Shown here: piece by piece, positions 53,549 through 64,000 of the stretch | Layout of the letters: the number at the start of each line of letters is the position of its first letter | How positions within the stretch are numbered: position 1 is the stretch's first letter | Assembly: GCF_013315695.1 (NCBI RefSeq) | Contig: NZ_CP054353.1 | Length of the DNA stretch: 64,000 nt | Direction: 5' to 3' (one strand) | DNA from: Escherichia coli | Lineage (GTDB): Bacteria; Pseudomonadota; Gammaproteobacteria; Enterobacterales; Enterobacteriaceae | Program-made: the position numbers and the translations under genes | Notes under the pieces: model-generated | What the model was told of the DNA's origin: nothing | The model's database searches: none | What the model saw: the letters and a program-made list of their open reading frames with translations, nothing else

Positions 53549-54652
53549 TTATTCCCACTCTTGCAGGAAACGCTGACCATACTGGTCGGCTACCAGCAGT
53601 GCGGCGTAAACCTGATCTGGCGTCGCGCCGCCAGGCATGTTGTGGATGGTTTCACCTTCTGCACATGCCGCTTCTGCCACAATTCGCATTTTCGCCGGGA
53701 CATCTTCTTTAATATCCAGTTGAGCGAGAGTTATTGGCAAACCTACCGCATGGCTAAGCGCAGCTACGGTTTCGATTTCCTCCACCGGCGCGTTTTCCAG
53801 CACCAGCTGCGTCAGCGTACCGAATGCTACTTTTTCACCATGATAATAGTGATGCGCGTCCGGGATAGCGGTCAGGCCGTTATGTACCGCGTGTGCCGCC
53901 GCCAGCCCGCCGCTTTCAAAACCAACACCGCTCAAATAGGTGTTCGCTTCAATCACGCGTTCCAGCGCCGGAGTCACTACATGCTGTTCGGCGGCAAGCA
54001 TCGCTTTTTCGCCTTCTTCCAGCAGAGTGTTGTAGCACAGTTCTGCCAGTGCCAGCGCCGCCTGGGTGCACTTGCCGCCCGCCATGGTGGTCGCGCCGCT
54101 ACGAGAGCAAGCACGCGCTTCAAACCAGGTTGCCAGCGCATCGCCGATACCCGCCGCTAACAGACGTGCAGGTGCGCCAGCGACGATTTTGGTGTCGACA
54201 ATGACCATATTCGGGTTATTTGGCAACATCAGATAGCGGTCAAATTCACCCTCATCGGTGTAGATAACAGACAATGCGCTGCACGGTGCGTCGGTAGAGG
54301 CGATAGTCGGTGCGATCGCTACCGGAACACCCATGAAATGTGCCAGTGCTTTGGCAGTATCGAGAGTTTTTCCGCCACCGATACCGAGAATTGCGCCACA
54401 CTGCGCAGTTTCCGCGATGCCACGCAGACGGTCGATCTCATTTTGCGAACATTCACCGCCAAACGGCGCAATTTCTACTACCAGTCCAGCATCTTTAAAG
54501 CTTTTCTCGACAGTGGATTGAGCAAAACCTAAAACAAATTTGTCACCCACCACTAACCAGCGTTCTGCCAGCGGCTTCAGGTATTCGCCCAGACGATTAA
54601 TCACATCAGCGCCCTGGATGTATTTACCCGGTGATTGAATAATGCGGTCCAT
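53549..54652 (-). CDS. gldA: Glycerol dehydrogenase
   Basis: ORF 53549..54691 trimmed to [29 protein letters not shown] for 367 aa. Confidence 0.95.
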   Translation of the reverse strand: MDRIIQSPGKYIQGADVINRLGEYLKPLAERWLVVGDKFVLGFAQSTVEKSFKDAGLVVEIAPFGGECSQNEIDRLRGIAETAQCGAILGIGGGKTLDTAKALAHFMGVPVAIAPTIASTDAPCSALSVIYTDEGEFDRYLMLPNNPNMVIVDTKIVAGAPARLLAAGIGDALATWFEARACSRSGATTMAGGKCTQAALALAELCYNTLLEEGEKAMLAAEQHVVTPALERVIEANTYLSGVGFESGGLAAAHAVHNGLTAIPDAHHYYHGEKVAFGTLTQLVLENAPVEEIETVAALSHAVGLPITLAQLDIKEDVPAKMRIVAEAACAEGETIHNMPGGATPDQVYAALLVADQYGQRFLQEWE

Positions 54653-54662
54653 AATTGCTCCT

Positions 54663-55325
54663 TTAGAGATGAGTAGTGCCAAATGCGGCATTCCAGTCGT
54701 GTTCGAACTTCTCTATAGCTGACTCTACCGCAGGGGTGTTGAGCATTTGTTGCGCTACATCTAAGGGCAGGGTGATGGATTCACATCCTGCCAGTAAACA
54801 GTCCAGCGCCTGACGCGGCGTTTTAAAGCTGGCTGCCAGCACCATGCTTTCTGGCGCGTGCATTTCCAACAGCGCTTGCAGCTCCTGAACCGTACGAATG
54901 CCGTCACCGCCCTGGGCGTCGACGCGGTTAACATACGGAGCAACATATTTTGCCCCTGCCAGCGCGGCTAATAACCCTTGTGCGGCGCTATATACAGCGG
55001 TGCCAAGTGTAGTAATACCCTCTTTTTTCAGCATTTTAATGGCGGCAAGACCTTCGGAAGTTACCGGGATTTTCACCACAATGCCCGGAATGGCGTCGCG
55101 CAGGCGCTTCGCTTCTTCCACCATACCCTGCGCGTCACGACTCATGGTCTGAGCAAACAAAATACCCTCATCACCAATCGCTTTTTGCAGACGCGGCAGC
55201 ACTTCCCATATGGACTCCTTGCTGGCAGCGATAATGCTCGGGTTAGTTGTCACCCCGGCAATCGGGAATATGCGTGCCAGACGTTCGACTTCTGCGACGT
55301 TAGCGGTGTCCAGATACAGTTCCAT
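54663..55325 (-). CDS. fsaB: Fructose-6-phosphate aldolase 2
   Basis: 220-aa [38 protein letters not shown] (transaldolase-like). Confidence 0.94.
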   Translation of the reverse strand: MELYLDTANVAEVERLARIFPIAGVTTNPSIIAASKESIWEVLPRLQKAIGDEGILFAQTMSRDAQGMVEEAKRLRDAIPGIVVKIPVTSEGLAAIKMLKKEGITTLGTAVYSAAQGLLAALAGAKYVAPYVNRVDAQGGDGIRTVQELQALLEMHAPESMVLAASFKTPRQALDCLLAGCESITLPLDVAQQMLNTPAVESAIEKFEHDWNAAFGTTHL

Positions 55326-55336
55326 GATGTTTCCTT

Positions 55337-57838
55337 TTACAGTTCCAGTTCATGTTGCAGCAGGCTGGCGATAGCGTCGGCAGAGGCGGCGTTAACCAGC
55401 GCGTTACGGAATTCTTCGTGCATGATGCGACGAGCGAGGCGCGAGAAAATGCGCATGTGCTGATCGCCCGCAGCATGTTTGTTCAGGGTTAACATAATGA
55501 TGAATTGCGCTTCATCATCGCCCCAGCGCACCGGCGCTGCCAGACGCGCCACGCTGATGGTGGATTGCTCAATGTGTTCTGATTTGCTGTGGGGAATGGC
55601 AAAACTAAAGCCCAGACCGGTAGAGAAAACGGCCTCGCGCGCCCACAAGTCGGCTTCCAGTTTACGCGGATAGCGACAGCGGCCCGCCAGCAGCAGGTTA
55701 TCGGTCATGCCTTTGAGCACTTCTTCTTTGCTGCGCCAGTCGCTTTCCAGTGTGATGCACTCGGCGGTGACCAGCGGTGCGTCTTGTTGGGTCATGCGGA
55801 ATTGCGCCAGCAGGTGTTCCACTTCCAGCGAAGTACGGCAGGCCATTGCCTGGTTGAGCAACTTGCGGCACTCACGGCTATCAAGTTGCGCCATCCGCGC
55901 TTTCGCCGCCGGAATTGATGGTGCGCTCATGCTGAGTTCATCCAGCCCTAAGCCGACCAGCAACGGCAGCACGGAACCTTTCGCTCCTAGTTCACCGCAC
56001 AGACCAATCCATTTGCCCTGGCGATGCACCGCCTGCACGGCGTAATCGAGCGCCCGCAGGAATGCCGGATTCAGGCTGTTATAGTGACGAGTAACCTTAG
56101 CGTTATCGCGATCCACTGCCAGCAGATATTGCGTCAGGTCATTACTACCAATACTAAAGAAATCAATCTCTTCACAGCATTGATCGATGATGAACATCAC
56201 CGACGGCACTTCCAGCATGATGCCGAGCTGGATTTTCTCATCAAACGGAATGTGTTCGTTACGCAGTTGCTGTTTTGCTTCCGCCAGTTTTTCTTTCACC
56301 CATAAGATCTCTTCCATTGAGGAGATCATCGGGATCATGATTTTCAGGCTGCCGTGAGCGGAGGCACGGAGAATCGACCGTAGTTGTGTGGTAAATAACG
56401 ACGCGTACTCTTCATAAATACGCACGGCGCGATAACCGAGGAACGGGTTTGCCTCTGCGGGAATGTTCAGATAATCAACGGGTTTGTCACCGCCAATATC
56501 CATAGTGCGCACAATAATGCTGCGTCCGTTGGCGGACTCCAGCGCCTGACAAAAAATGTTGTACAGCTCGCTTTCGCCCGGTGCACTGGTGCGATCCATA
56601 TAGAGCATTTCAGTGCGGAATAAACCAACGCCTTCCGCACCATTGCCGAATGCGGCCTGCGCTTCCACGGAGTGAGCGATGTTAGCGGCAATTTCAATGC
56701 GGATACCGTCAGCGGTACGGGCTTGTTGGGTCAGCCAGACACGCTGTTGCTCACGCAGGGCGTCCTGTACGCGGGCTTCTTGCTGATAATAACGGGCCAC
56801 GGCTTCCCCTGGCTCAACCACAATCGCCCCTGCGTTGCCGTCGATATAAATCGTTTGATGCTGCCACGGAGTAAGGGCATCAATATCCACACCTACCAGC
56901 GTCGGAATGTTGAACGAACGGGCAAGGATCACCGTATGTGAGGTGGTGCCGCCACTTTTCAGTAATAGACCTTTGAGGTGACTTTTATCCAGTTCGAGGA
57001 ACTGGCTGGGGGTCAGTTCATCAGCCATACAAATGGCGGGCTGCGTCAGTTTGCCCGGTGCCGGGAAGCGTTGCTCACCGTAGATTTGCTGGAGTAACTG
57101 GAAGCAGACGTCGCGTACGTCCAGAGCACGTTCTTGCAGGTAGCTGCTGCTGGAACGGGCGAACTCTTCGCAAAAGTGATTCGCACTGGCAACAATCGCT
57201 TCGGCGCAGCTTAATCCGGCGCTGACACCTGCCAGTAAATGTTCGCGCAGGGAAGTATCGCCAGCCAGGGATCGGTGCGCTTCCAGAATCGCGCTGGTAG
57301 CACCGTCGCTATCCAGCAGACGAAACTCTATGTTTTTCAGTACCAGCGTCAGACCGTTTTCCAGTGCGGATTGTTCGGCGTCAACGCCTTTGGCTGCGGG
57401 AAGATTACCCAGCGCATTGAGATCTAAAGAAGAGATCGGCGTCAGAATGCCGCCTGCGCTACCGCTGCACACGGTGCGGGCGCGGATAATTTGCGGATTC
57501 AGATTGGTCAGTGAAACCGGCAGTGGTTCCAGTTCGTCAGATTTAACTTCCGCCAGCGGCGCATCGCAGTGGGGGAATTCATCGCGCAGCCATTGGCTTA
57601 AACGCTGGTGCGCTTCCTGTTCGTCGGCCCCGGAAATCAGTAACTGGCAGTTATCGCCCGCCAGCGTGTCGGTGCCAATCAGCGCAAGGGCGCTTTTGGC
57701 GTTGCCCTTGCGGTCAGTGCGCAGGTTATGCCACTCAATTTGTGATGAAAAAGTATTACACAGCGTTTCAACGTGGCTTGCCGGACGCGCATGGACGCCG
57801 TTAGGTAGCTCACAAATAAATTCCACAATCAGGGCCAT
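55337..57838 (-). CDS. ptsA: Multiphosphoryl transfer protein PtsA (EI/HPr/EIIA-like fusion)
   Basis: 833-aa ORF; N-terminal HPr-like segment followed by an enzyme-I-like PEP-utilising domain. Confidence 0.9.
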   Translation of the reverse strand: MALIVEFICELPNGVHARPASHVETLCNTFSSQIEWHNLRTDRKGNAKSALALIGTDTLAGDNCQLLISGADEQEAHQRLSQWLRDEFPHCDAPLAEVKSDELEPLPVSLTNLNPQIIRARTVCSGSAGGILTPISSLDLNALGNLPAAKGVDAEQSALENGLTLVLKNIEFRLLDSDGATSAILEAHRSLAGDTSLREHLLAGVSAGLSCAEAIVASANHFCEEFARSSSSYLQERALDVRDVCFQLLQQIYGEQRFPAPGKLTQPAICMADELTPSQFLELDKSHLKGLLLKSGGTTSHTVILARSFNIPTLVGVDIDALTPWQHQTIYIDGNAGAIVVEPGEAVARYYQQEARVQDALREQQRVWLTQQARTADGIRIEIAANIAHSVEAQAAFGNGAEGVGLFRTEMLYMDRTSAPGESELYNIFCQALESANGRSIIVRTMDIGGDKPVDYLNIPAEANPFLGYRAVRIYEEYASLFTTQLRSILRASAHGSLKIMIPMISSMEEILWVKEKLAEAKQQLRNEHIPFDEKIQLGIMLEVPSVMFIIDQCCEEIDFFSIGSNDLTQYLLAVDRDNAKVTRHYNSLNPAFLRALDYAVQAVHRQGKWIGLCGELGAKGSVLPLLVGLGLDELSMSAPSIPAAKARMAQLDSRECRKLLNQAMACRTSLEVEHLLAQFRMTQQDAPLVTAECITLESDWRSKEEVLKGMTDNLLLAGRCRYPRKLEADLWAREAVFSTGLGFSFAIPHSKSEHIEQSTISVARLAAPVRWGDDEAQFIIMLTLNKHAAGDQHMRIFSRLARRIMHEEFRNALVNAASADAIASLLQHELEL

Positions 57839-58146
57839 TGCCTTTCTCCCGGTACGGTTTTCTGTTTACAGGATAAGAGCGCACGGTAACGGCCTGCCAT
57901 GTGACAAATCTGCCAAAAGCTGGACAAATGTAATGTAACCGTCAATTTGCGACGCGTCTCACAAGACGCCGTTTTGCGGCATGCTTCCGGATTATCGCAA
58001 GTTATGAGGCGGATCGCATTTTTGTACTGATATTACAAAAGTCCAGTAAATGGCCTTTTTATCCACTGTTTGCTCCGCCTGCGATTGCCTATTGTTTCTT
58101 CCATCAAAAATATGGACATGGGCTTTCGCAAGCCCGGGAGCAGCTT

Positions 58147-58992
58147 ATGAATGAGTTGGTGCAGATCCTGAAAAATACCCGTCAGCATTTAATGACGGGC
58201 GTTTCACACATGATTCCCTTCGTGGTATCGGGCGGTATTTTGCTGGCGGTTTCCGTCATGTTGTATGGCAAAGGCGCAGTGCCGGATGCCGTAGCCGATC
58301 CGAATCTGAAAAAACTGTTTGATATCGGCGTTGCAGGTTTGACGCTGATGGTGCCTTTCCTCGCCGCTTACATCGGTTATTCCATTGCAGAACGTTCTGC
58401 GCTGGCTCCATGCGCTATCGGTGCTTGGGTTGGTAACAGCTTTGGCGCGGGCTTCTTTGGTGCACTGATCGCCGGGATTATCGGCGGCATTGTGGTGCAT
58501 TACCTGAAGAAAATTCCGGTGCATAAAGTTCTGCGCTCGGTGATGCCAATCTTCATCATTCCTATCGTCGGCACACTGATTACCGCTGGCGTCATGATGT
58601 GGGGGCTGGCGACGCTGATTGGTCGTAAAAATTTCTCCGCAGAAGAGCGCGAAACCGGCAAGGCGGCACTGGTGATGGGCTGTGTTGGCGTTACTGAAGG
58701 GGCGATTCCTTTCGCCGCTGCCGATCCGCTGCGTGTTATTCCTTCCATCATGGTCGGTTCAGTTTGTGGTGCAGTAACTGCGGCGCTGGTCGGTGCGCAG
58801 TGCTATGCAGGCTGGGGTGGTCTGATTGTGCTGCCGGTGGTTGAAGGCAAGCTGGGTTATATCGCAGCAGTGGCTGTCGGAGCAGTGGTGACGGCTGTTT
58901 GTGTGAACGTGCTGAAAAGTCTGGCGCGTAAAAATGGGTCTTCGACTGATGAAAAAGAAGACGACCTGGATTTGGATTTTGAAATTAATTAA
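58147..58992 (+). CDS. frwC: PTS fructose-like EIIC component FrwC, internally deleted allele
   Basis: 281-aa ORF; aligns to the FrvB IIC domain in this window but lacks the central segment that includes the AFDMGGP motif; K-12 FrwC remembered as 359 aa. Confidence 0.75.
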   Translation: MNELVQILKNTRQHLMTGVSHMIPFVVSGGILLAVSVMLYGKGAVPDAVADPNLKKLFDIGVAGLTLMVPFLAAYIGYSIAERSALAPCAIGAWVGNSFGAGFFGALIAGIIGGIVVHYLKKIPVHKVLRSVMPIFIIPIVGTLITAGVMMWGLATLIGRKNFSAEERETGKAALVMGCVGVTEGAIPFAAADPLRVIPSIMVGSVCGAVTAALVGAQCYAGWGGLIVLPVVEGKLGYIAAVAVGAVVTAVCVNVLKSLARKNGSSTDEKEDDLDLDFEIN

Positions 58993-59006
58993 TTGAGGAA
59001 CGAGCC

Positions 59007-59327
59007 ATGACGAAAATTATTGCAGTAACCGCGTGTCCATCTGGTGTTGCCCATACCTATATGGCGGCAGAGGCGCTGGAAAGTGCCGCGAAAGCGAAAG
59101 GCTGGGAAGTGAAAGTAGAAACCCAGGGCTCGATTGGTCTGGAAAATGAACTGACTGCGGAAGACGTGGCGAGCGCCGATATGGTGATTCTGACCAAAGA
59201 TATCGGCATCAAGTTTGAAGAGCGTTTTGCTGGCAAGACCATCGTGCGCGTCAACATCAGCGACGCGGTAAAACGCGCTGATGCCATTATGAGCAAAATT
59301 GAAGCTCACCTGGCACAAACCGCTTAA
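59007..59327 (+). CDS. frwB: PTS fructose-like EIIB component FrwB
   Basis: 106-aa ORF MTKIIAVTACPSGVAHTYMAAEALESAAKAKGWEVKVETQGSIG. Confidence 0.93.
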   Translation: MTKIIAVTACPSGVAHTYMAAEALESAAKAKGWEVKVETQGSIGLENELTAEDVASADMVILTKDIGIKFEERFAGKTIVRVNISDAVKRADAIMSKIEAHLAQTA

Positions 59328-59377
59328 GTTCTTATCCCGCCCGTAAGGGCGGGTTCGCTTTCCCACAGGAGTTCCTC

Positions 59378-61675
59378 ATGACGAATCGTATCTCTCGCCT
59401 CAAAACTGCACTGTTTGCCAATACCCGTGAAATCTCGCTGGAGCGGGCGCTGCTTTATACCGCCAGCCATCGGCAAACCGAAGGCGAACCGGTGATATTG
59501 CGCCGGGCGAAAGCAACAGCGTATATCCTTGAACATGTTGAAATTTCGATTCGTGATGAAGAACTGATTGCCGGTAACCGTACGGTGAAACCGCGCGCCG
59601 GAATTATGTCGCCGGAAATGGACCCTTACTGGCTGCTGAAAGAGCTGGATCAATTCCCGACGCGTCCGCAGGACCGCTTTGCTATCAGCGAAGAAGATAA
59701 ACGTATCTACCGCGAAGAGTTGTTCCCGTACTGGGAAAAACGTTCGATGAAAGATTTCATTAACGGGCAGATGACGGATGAAGTAAAAGCCGCGACCAGC
59801 ACGCAGATTTTCAGCATCAACCAGACGGATAAAGGCCAGGGGCACATTATTATTGATTACCCGCGCCTGCTGAATCACGGGCTGGGTGAGCTGGTAGCGC
59901 AAATGCAGCAACATTGTCAGCAACAGCCGGAGAATCACTTTTATCAGGCCGCGTTGTTACTGCTGGAAGCCTCGCAGAAACACATTTTGCGTTACGCCGA
60001 ACTGGCGGAAACGATGGCGGCAAACTGCACAGATGCCCAGCGTCGCAAAGAGCTGCTGACTATTGCGGAGATCTCCCGCCATAACGCGCAACATAAGCCG
60101 CAGACGTTCTGGCAGGCGTGCCAGTTATTCTGGTACATGAACATCATTCTGCAATACGAATCCAACGCCAGTTCGCTGTCTTTAGGGCGCTTCGACCAGT
60201 ATATGTTGCCGTTCTATCAGGTATCATTAACCCAGGGCGAAGATCCGGCGTTCCTGAAAGAACTGCTCGAATCTTTATGGGTGAAATGCAACGACATCGT
60301 GCTGTTGCGCTCCACCAGTAGCGCGCGTTATTTCGCCGGTTTCCCGACCGGCTATACCGCACTGCTCGGCGGGTTAACTGAGAACGGACGTAGCGCGGTG
60401 AACGTACTTTCGTTCCTCTGTCTCGACGCCTATCAAAGTGTGCAATTACCGCAACCGAACCTGGGGGTGCGCACTAACGCCTTGATCGACACGCCGTTCC
60501 TGATGAAAACCGCCGAAACCATTCGCCTTGGCACCGGTATTCCGCAAATCTTCAACGATGAAGTGGTGGTGCCAGCGTTCCTCAACCGTGGCGTTTCGCT
60601 GGAAGATGCACGCGACTATTCCGTAGTGGGCTGTGTGGAATTATCTATTCCCGGCAGAACCTACGGCTTGCATGACATCGCGATGTTTAATCTGCTGAAA
60701 GTGATGGAAATCTGCCTGCATGAAAATGAAGGCAATGCTGCGCTGACTTATGAAGGTTTACTGGAGCAGATCCGCGCCAAGATCAGCCACTACATCACCC
60801 TGATGGTTGAGGGCAGCAATATTTGCGATATCGGTCACCGTGACTGGGCACCTGTACCGCTGCTCTCATCGTTTATCAGCGATTGTCTGGAAAAAGGCCG
60901 CGATATTACCGATGGCGGTGCGCGTTATAACTTCTCCGGCGTACAGGGGATCGGTATCGCCAACCTGAGCGATTCTCTCCATGCGTTGAAAGGTATGGTT
61001 TTTGAGCAACAGCGTTTAAGTTTTGACGAATTGCTGTCGGTATTAAAAGCCAACTTCGCAACGCCAGAAGGCGAAAAAGTCCGTGCTCGCTTAATTAACC
61101 GCTTCGAGAAATACGGTAACGATATCGACGAGGTGGATAACATCAGCGCCGAACTGTTACGCCACTACTGCAAAGAAGTGGAAAAATACCAGAACCCGCG
61201 CGGCGGCTACTTCACGCCGGGATCGTATACCGTTTCTGCTCACGTCCCGTTGGGATCGGTGGTTGGCGCGACGCCAGACGGTCGTTTTGCCGGGGAACAA
61301 CTGGCAGACGGTGGCTTGTCTCCCATGCTGGGCCAGGACGCACAAGGACCAACGGCGGTACTGAAATCAGTCAGCAAGCTCGATAACACGCTGCTTTCTA
61401 ACGGTACGTTGCTGAACGTGAAATTCACTCCGGCGACCCTGGAAGGTGAAGCGGGATTACGCAAACTGGCTGACTTCTTACGGGCATTTACCCAGCTTAA
61501 GTTACAACACATTCAGTTTAACGTGGTGAACGCCGACACGTTGCGGGAAGCGCAACAGCGCCCACAAGATTATGCCGGGCTGGTGGTGCGCGTTGCCGGA
61601 TACAGCGCCTTCTTTGTCGAACTGTCGAAGGAGATCCAGGATGACATCATCCGCCGGACAGCGCATCAGCTGTAA
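59378..61675 (+). CDS. pflD: Pyruvate-formate-lyase-like glycyl radical enzyme PflD
   Basis: 765-aa ORF; glycyl-radical motif near the C-terminus (VVRVAGYSAFFVEL). Confidence 0.94.
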   Translation: MTNRISRLKTALFANTREISLERALLYTASHRQTEGEPVILRRAKATAYILEHVEISIRDEELIAGNRTVKPRAGIMSPEMDPYWLLKELDQFPTRPQDRFAISEEDKRIYREELFPYWEKRSMKDFINGQMTDEVKAATSTQIFSINQTDKGQGHIIIDYPRLLNHGLGELVAQMQQHCQQQPENHFYQAALLLLEASQKHILRYAELAETMAANCTDAQRRKELLTIAEISRHNAQHKPQTFWQACQLFWYMNIILQYESNASSLSLGRFDQYMLPFYQVSLTQGEDPAFLKELLESLWVKCNDIVLLRSTSSARYFAGFPTGYTALLGGLTENGRSAVNVLSFLCLDAYQSVQLPQPNLGVRTNALIDTPFLMKTAETIRLGTGIPQIFNDEVVVPAFLNRGVSLEDARDYSVVGCVELSIPGRTYGLHDIAMFNLLKVMEICLHENEGNAALTYEGLLEQIRAKISHYITLMVEGSNICDIGHRDWAPVPLLSSFISDCLEKGRDITDGGARYNFSGVQGIGIANLSDSLHALKGMVFEQQRLSFDELLSVLKANFATPEGEKVRARLINRFEKYGNDIDEVDNISAELLRHYCKEVEKYQNPRGGYFTPGSYTVSAHVPLGSVVGATPDGRFAGEQLADGGLSPMLGQDAQGPTAVLKSVSKLDNTLLSNGTLLNVKFTPATLEGEAGLRKLADFLRAFTQLKLQHIQFNVVNADTLREAQQRPQDYAGLVVRVAGYSAFFVELSKEIQDDIIRRTAHQL

Positions 61676-62519
61676 CGTTGTGGAAACGCGCCGCGATGAT
61701 GTGGCGCGCATTTTCAACATTCAGCGTTATTCACTGAATGACGGCGAGGGCATTCGTACGGTGGTCTTTTTTAAAGGCTGTCCGCATCTTTGCCCGTGGT
61801 GTGCTAATCCGGAGTCGATCTCCGGCAAAATCCAGACGGTACGCAGAGAGGCGAAATGTCTGCACTGTGCGAAATGTTTGCGTGATGCGGATGAATGCCC
61901 GTCCGGGGCGTTTGAACGGATTGGTCGCGATATCAGCCTTGACGCGCTGGAACGGGAAGTGATGAAAGATGACATTTTCTTTCGCACGTCCGGCGGCGGC
62001 GTCACGCTTTCTGGCGGCGAAGTGTTAATGCAGGCGGAGTTTGCTACCCGTTTTTTACAGCGGCTTCGGTTGTGGGGTGTGTCATGCGCCATCGAAACTG
62101 CCGGAGACGCGCCGACCAGCAAGTTGTTACCGCTGGCGAAATTGTGCGATGAAGTGTTGTTCGATTTAAAAATTATGGACGCGACTCAGGCGCGGGATGT
62201 GGTGAAGATGAACCTGCCACGCGTGCTGGAGAATCTGCGTTTGCTGATTAGTGAGGGCGTCAACGTGATCCCGCGTTTACCGCTGATCCCTGGTTTCACG
62301 CTCAGCCGGGAGAATATGCAGCAGGCGCTGGACGTGCTGATCCCGCTGAATATCAGGCAGATCCATCTGTTACCGTTTCATCAGTACGGCGAACCGAAAT
62401 ACCGCCTGCTGGGGAAAACATGGTCGATGAAAGAGGTGTCTGCGCCGTCGTCAGCCGATGTGACAACGATGCGCGAAATGGCAGAACGGGCCGGATTTCA
62501 GGTTACCGTGGGAGGTTAA
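61641..62519 (+). CDS. pflC: Glycyl-radical-enzyme activating enzyme PflC (radical SAM)
   Basis: ORF 61572..62519; start at MTSSAGQRISCNVVETRRDD for 292 aa; CPHLCPWCANPE radical-SAM motif; overlaps pflD 3' end. Confidence 0.92.
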   Translation: MTSSAGQRISCNVVETRRDDVARIFNIQRYSLNDGEGIRTVVFFKGCPHLCPWCANPESISGKIQTVRREAKCLHCAKCLRDADECPSGAFERIGRDISLDALEREVMKDDIFFRTSGGGVTLSGGEVLMQAEFATRFLQRLRLWGVSCAIETAGDAPTSKLLPLAKLCDEVLFDLKIMDATQARDVVKMNLPRVLENLRLLISEGVNVIPRLPLIPGFTLSRENMQQALDVLIPLNIRQIHLLPFHQYGEPKYRLLGKTWSMKEVSAPSSADVTTMREMAERAGFQVTVGG

Positions 62520-62520
62520 A

Positions 62521-62862
62521 ATGGCATACCTGGTGGCAGTAACCGCCTGCGTAAGCGGCGTGGCGCATACTTATATGGCGGCGGAACGGCTGGAAAAGTT
62601 GTGCCTGTTAGAGAAGTGGGGCGTCAGCATTGAAACTCAGGGCGCGCTGGGAACGGAGAATCGTTTAGCGGACGAGGATATCCGTCGGGCGGATGTTGCG
62701 CTGTTAATTACGGATATCGAGCTTGCCGGTGCTGAGCGATTTGAACATTGCCGCTATGTGCAATGCAGCATCTACGCTTTCCTGCGTGAGCCGCAGCGGG
62801 TGATGAGCGCGGTGCGCAAAGTGCTTTCTGCGCCGCAGCAAACCCATCTTATTCTGGAGTAG
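62521..62862 (+). CDS. frwD: PTS fructose-like EIIB component FrwD
   Basis: 113-aa ORF MAYLVAVTACVSGVAHTYMAAERLEKL. Confidence 0.92.
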   Translation: MAYLVAVTACVSGVAHTYMAAERLEKLCLLEKWGVSIETQGALGTENRLADEDIRRADVALLITDIELAGAERFEHCRYVQCSIYAFLREPQRVMSAVRKVLSAPQQTHLILE

Positions 62863-63700
62863 TCGGTTTTTCTGTCAGTTGGCTGTGGTACTGCCGACGA
62901 TATTCCGACGGCGAGCGTTCGGTATTTTTACGAAACAGACGGCAGAAGTAGTTGCTGTCGACAAAGCCGCAGGCGTGCGCCACTTCTTTTACCTTCAGGT
63001 CATAGCCTTTCAATAACGTCTTAGCGTGCTCCAGTCGCGTGTGATTCAGGTATTCGTTAAAACCAATGGCCCCCGTTTTTTGAAACAGGTGCGAGAGGTA
63101 ATTTGGCGAAATATAGAATGCCTGTGCGACAGATTCGCGGGTAAGCGCGGAGGCATAGCGTTCGTCGATATAATCGCGAATAGCTTCGAATAGAGCCTGG
63201 CTACGTGAGGCGGTCTGGATTTGGCTGCCGAGCAAATCGCGGCAGTGGCTAAGCAGGCTGGCGACGATAAGCCTTGCCGTTTGCTGCTCCTGCGGCTGCA
63301 TTTGCATTTCATTGAGCGTTTGTAGCAGAAAAGAACCAATGCGCGGGCCGCGTCGGGCGACGTGTTGCTTCGCCAGATTTTGATATTGTTTGCCATCCCA
63401 TTGCACGACGCTGAAGCCGAGTTGCTGTTTGCCAAACAGCACGCTAAAGGTAGTGGCGGGGGCTTGCCATTGTGGAAAATTCCAGCCACCAGCGGCAACG
63501 TACAGCACATCGCCGGGAACTAACGTTGCTCCAGCGCCGGTATCAACAAACTCACCTTCCAGCACAATTTCCAGACGTGGAAAATCGACCTGATACGCAA
63601 GATCGGGCACCGGGCCGTTACTGCTGGCAAAGTAAATCTGGCGCAGGGACAGCGGGCCGTTGATCAGGCGGGAGAGCAGATAGCTGACGTCGTGATACAT
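62849..63700 (-). CDS. yijO: AraC-family transcriptional regulator YijO
   Basis: 283-aa ORF; C-terminal AraC HTH; overlaps frwD 3' end (convergent). Confidence 0.88.
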   Translation of the reverse strand: MYHDVSYLLSRLINGPLSLRQIYFASSNGPVPDLAYQVDFPRLEIVLEGEFVDTGAGATLVPGDVLYVAAGGWNFPQWQAPATTFSVLFGKQQLGFSVVQWDGKQYQNLAKQHVARRGPRIGSFLLQTLNEMQMQPQEQQTARLIVASLLSHCRDLLGSQIQTASRSQALFEAIRDYIDERYASALTRESVAQAFYISPNYLSHLFQKTGAIGFNEYLNHTRLEHAKTLLKGYDLKVKEVAHACGFVDSNYFCRLFRKNTERSPSEYRRQYHSQLTEKPTTPE

Positions 63701-63747
63701 GTTATTCCCTTAGGTATGTAGACGGGAAAACAGTAACTGGCATTATT

Positions 63748-63775
63748 AAAAAAGGCCACCTGAAAAGTGTGGCCT
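63748..63775 (-). terminator. Rho-independent terminator downstream of eptC
   Basis: ggccac-ctgaaaagt-gtggcc inverted repeat followed on the minus strand by T6. Confidence 0.6.
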
Positions 63776-63848
63776 GAGGGGAGTTCGATGTAAACATTGC
63801 GGCAGTATCGCATCCGGCAAATAGCGCCAGACGCGATACAAAGGTCAT

Positions 63849-64000
63849 TTACTGATTACCTACCTGGTCGCCATATGGCAGCGTGTCGTAATCGATCAGC
63901 GCGTTTTTCTTGTACGGGTTACCAATCCAGCGGGTAGTTTCTTTGAACTGCGGATTCACCACTGAACGGGTTGGATCGTAACCGTCGTAAGATAAGCCCG
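63849..64000 (-). CDS. eptC: Phosphoethanolamine transferase EptC (YijP), C-terminal 49 codons only (gene starts beyond the window end)
   Basis: Minus-strand frame reads ...GYDPTRSVVNPQFKETTRWIGNPYKKNALIDYDTLPYGDQVGNQ then stop at 63849..63851; K-12 synteny after yijO. Confidence 0.65.
   Translation of the reverse strand, partial: GLSYDGYDPTRSVVNPQFKETTRWIGNPYKKNALIDYDTLPYGDQVGNQ

Noticed and set aside
53492-54160. 222-aa plus-strand ORF antisense to gldA
   Set aside because: Lies within gldA, which is confidently identified on the minus strand

Overview
This window reads as a core Escherichia coli chromosomal segment, collinear with the K-12 map as I remember it (no database search was possible): frvR-frvXBA, rhaM-rhaDAB / rhaSR / rhaT, sodA, kdgT, yiiM, cpxAR / cpxP, fieF, pfkA, sbp, cdh, tpiA, yiiQ, yiiR, yiiS, uspD, fpr, glpXKF, zapB, rraA, menA, hslVU, ftsN, cytR, priA, rpmE, yiiX, metJ / metBL, metF, katG, yijE, yijF, gldA, fsaB, ptsA, frwCB-pflDC-frwD, yijO and the 3' end of eptC. 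Gene calls come from the supplied ORF track plus recognition of the protein sequences and synteny; several starts were moved to internal Met/Val codons to match known protein lengths. Against that backbone, three small non-K-12 insertions stand out: (1) an AT-rich islet with two tandem paralogous membrane proteins between the zapB and rraA terminators, which is my best candidate for an undescribed system; (2) a divergent pair between metL and metF, a double zinc-ribbon protein and a secreted UshA-like metallophosphatase/5'-nucleotidase; (3) a 464-aa porin-like outer-membrane protein with an N-terminal coiled coil between frvA and rhaM. Two genes look damaged: kdgT is split across two reading frames by a roughly 80-bp internal deletion, and frwC lacks about 75 codons of its permease core (in frame). 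No rRNA, tRNA, CRISPR array or recognisable IS element was seen. Smaller features include REP/BIME repeats, a GC-rich nested palindromic element, met-box arrays, a CpxR box, a KdgR operator, a sigma32-type promoter for hslVU and the CpxQ 3'-UTR sRNA region.
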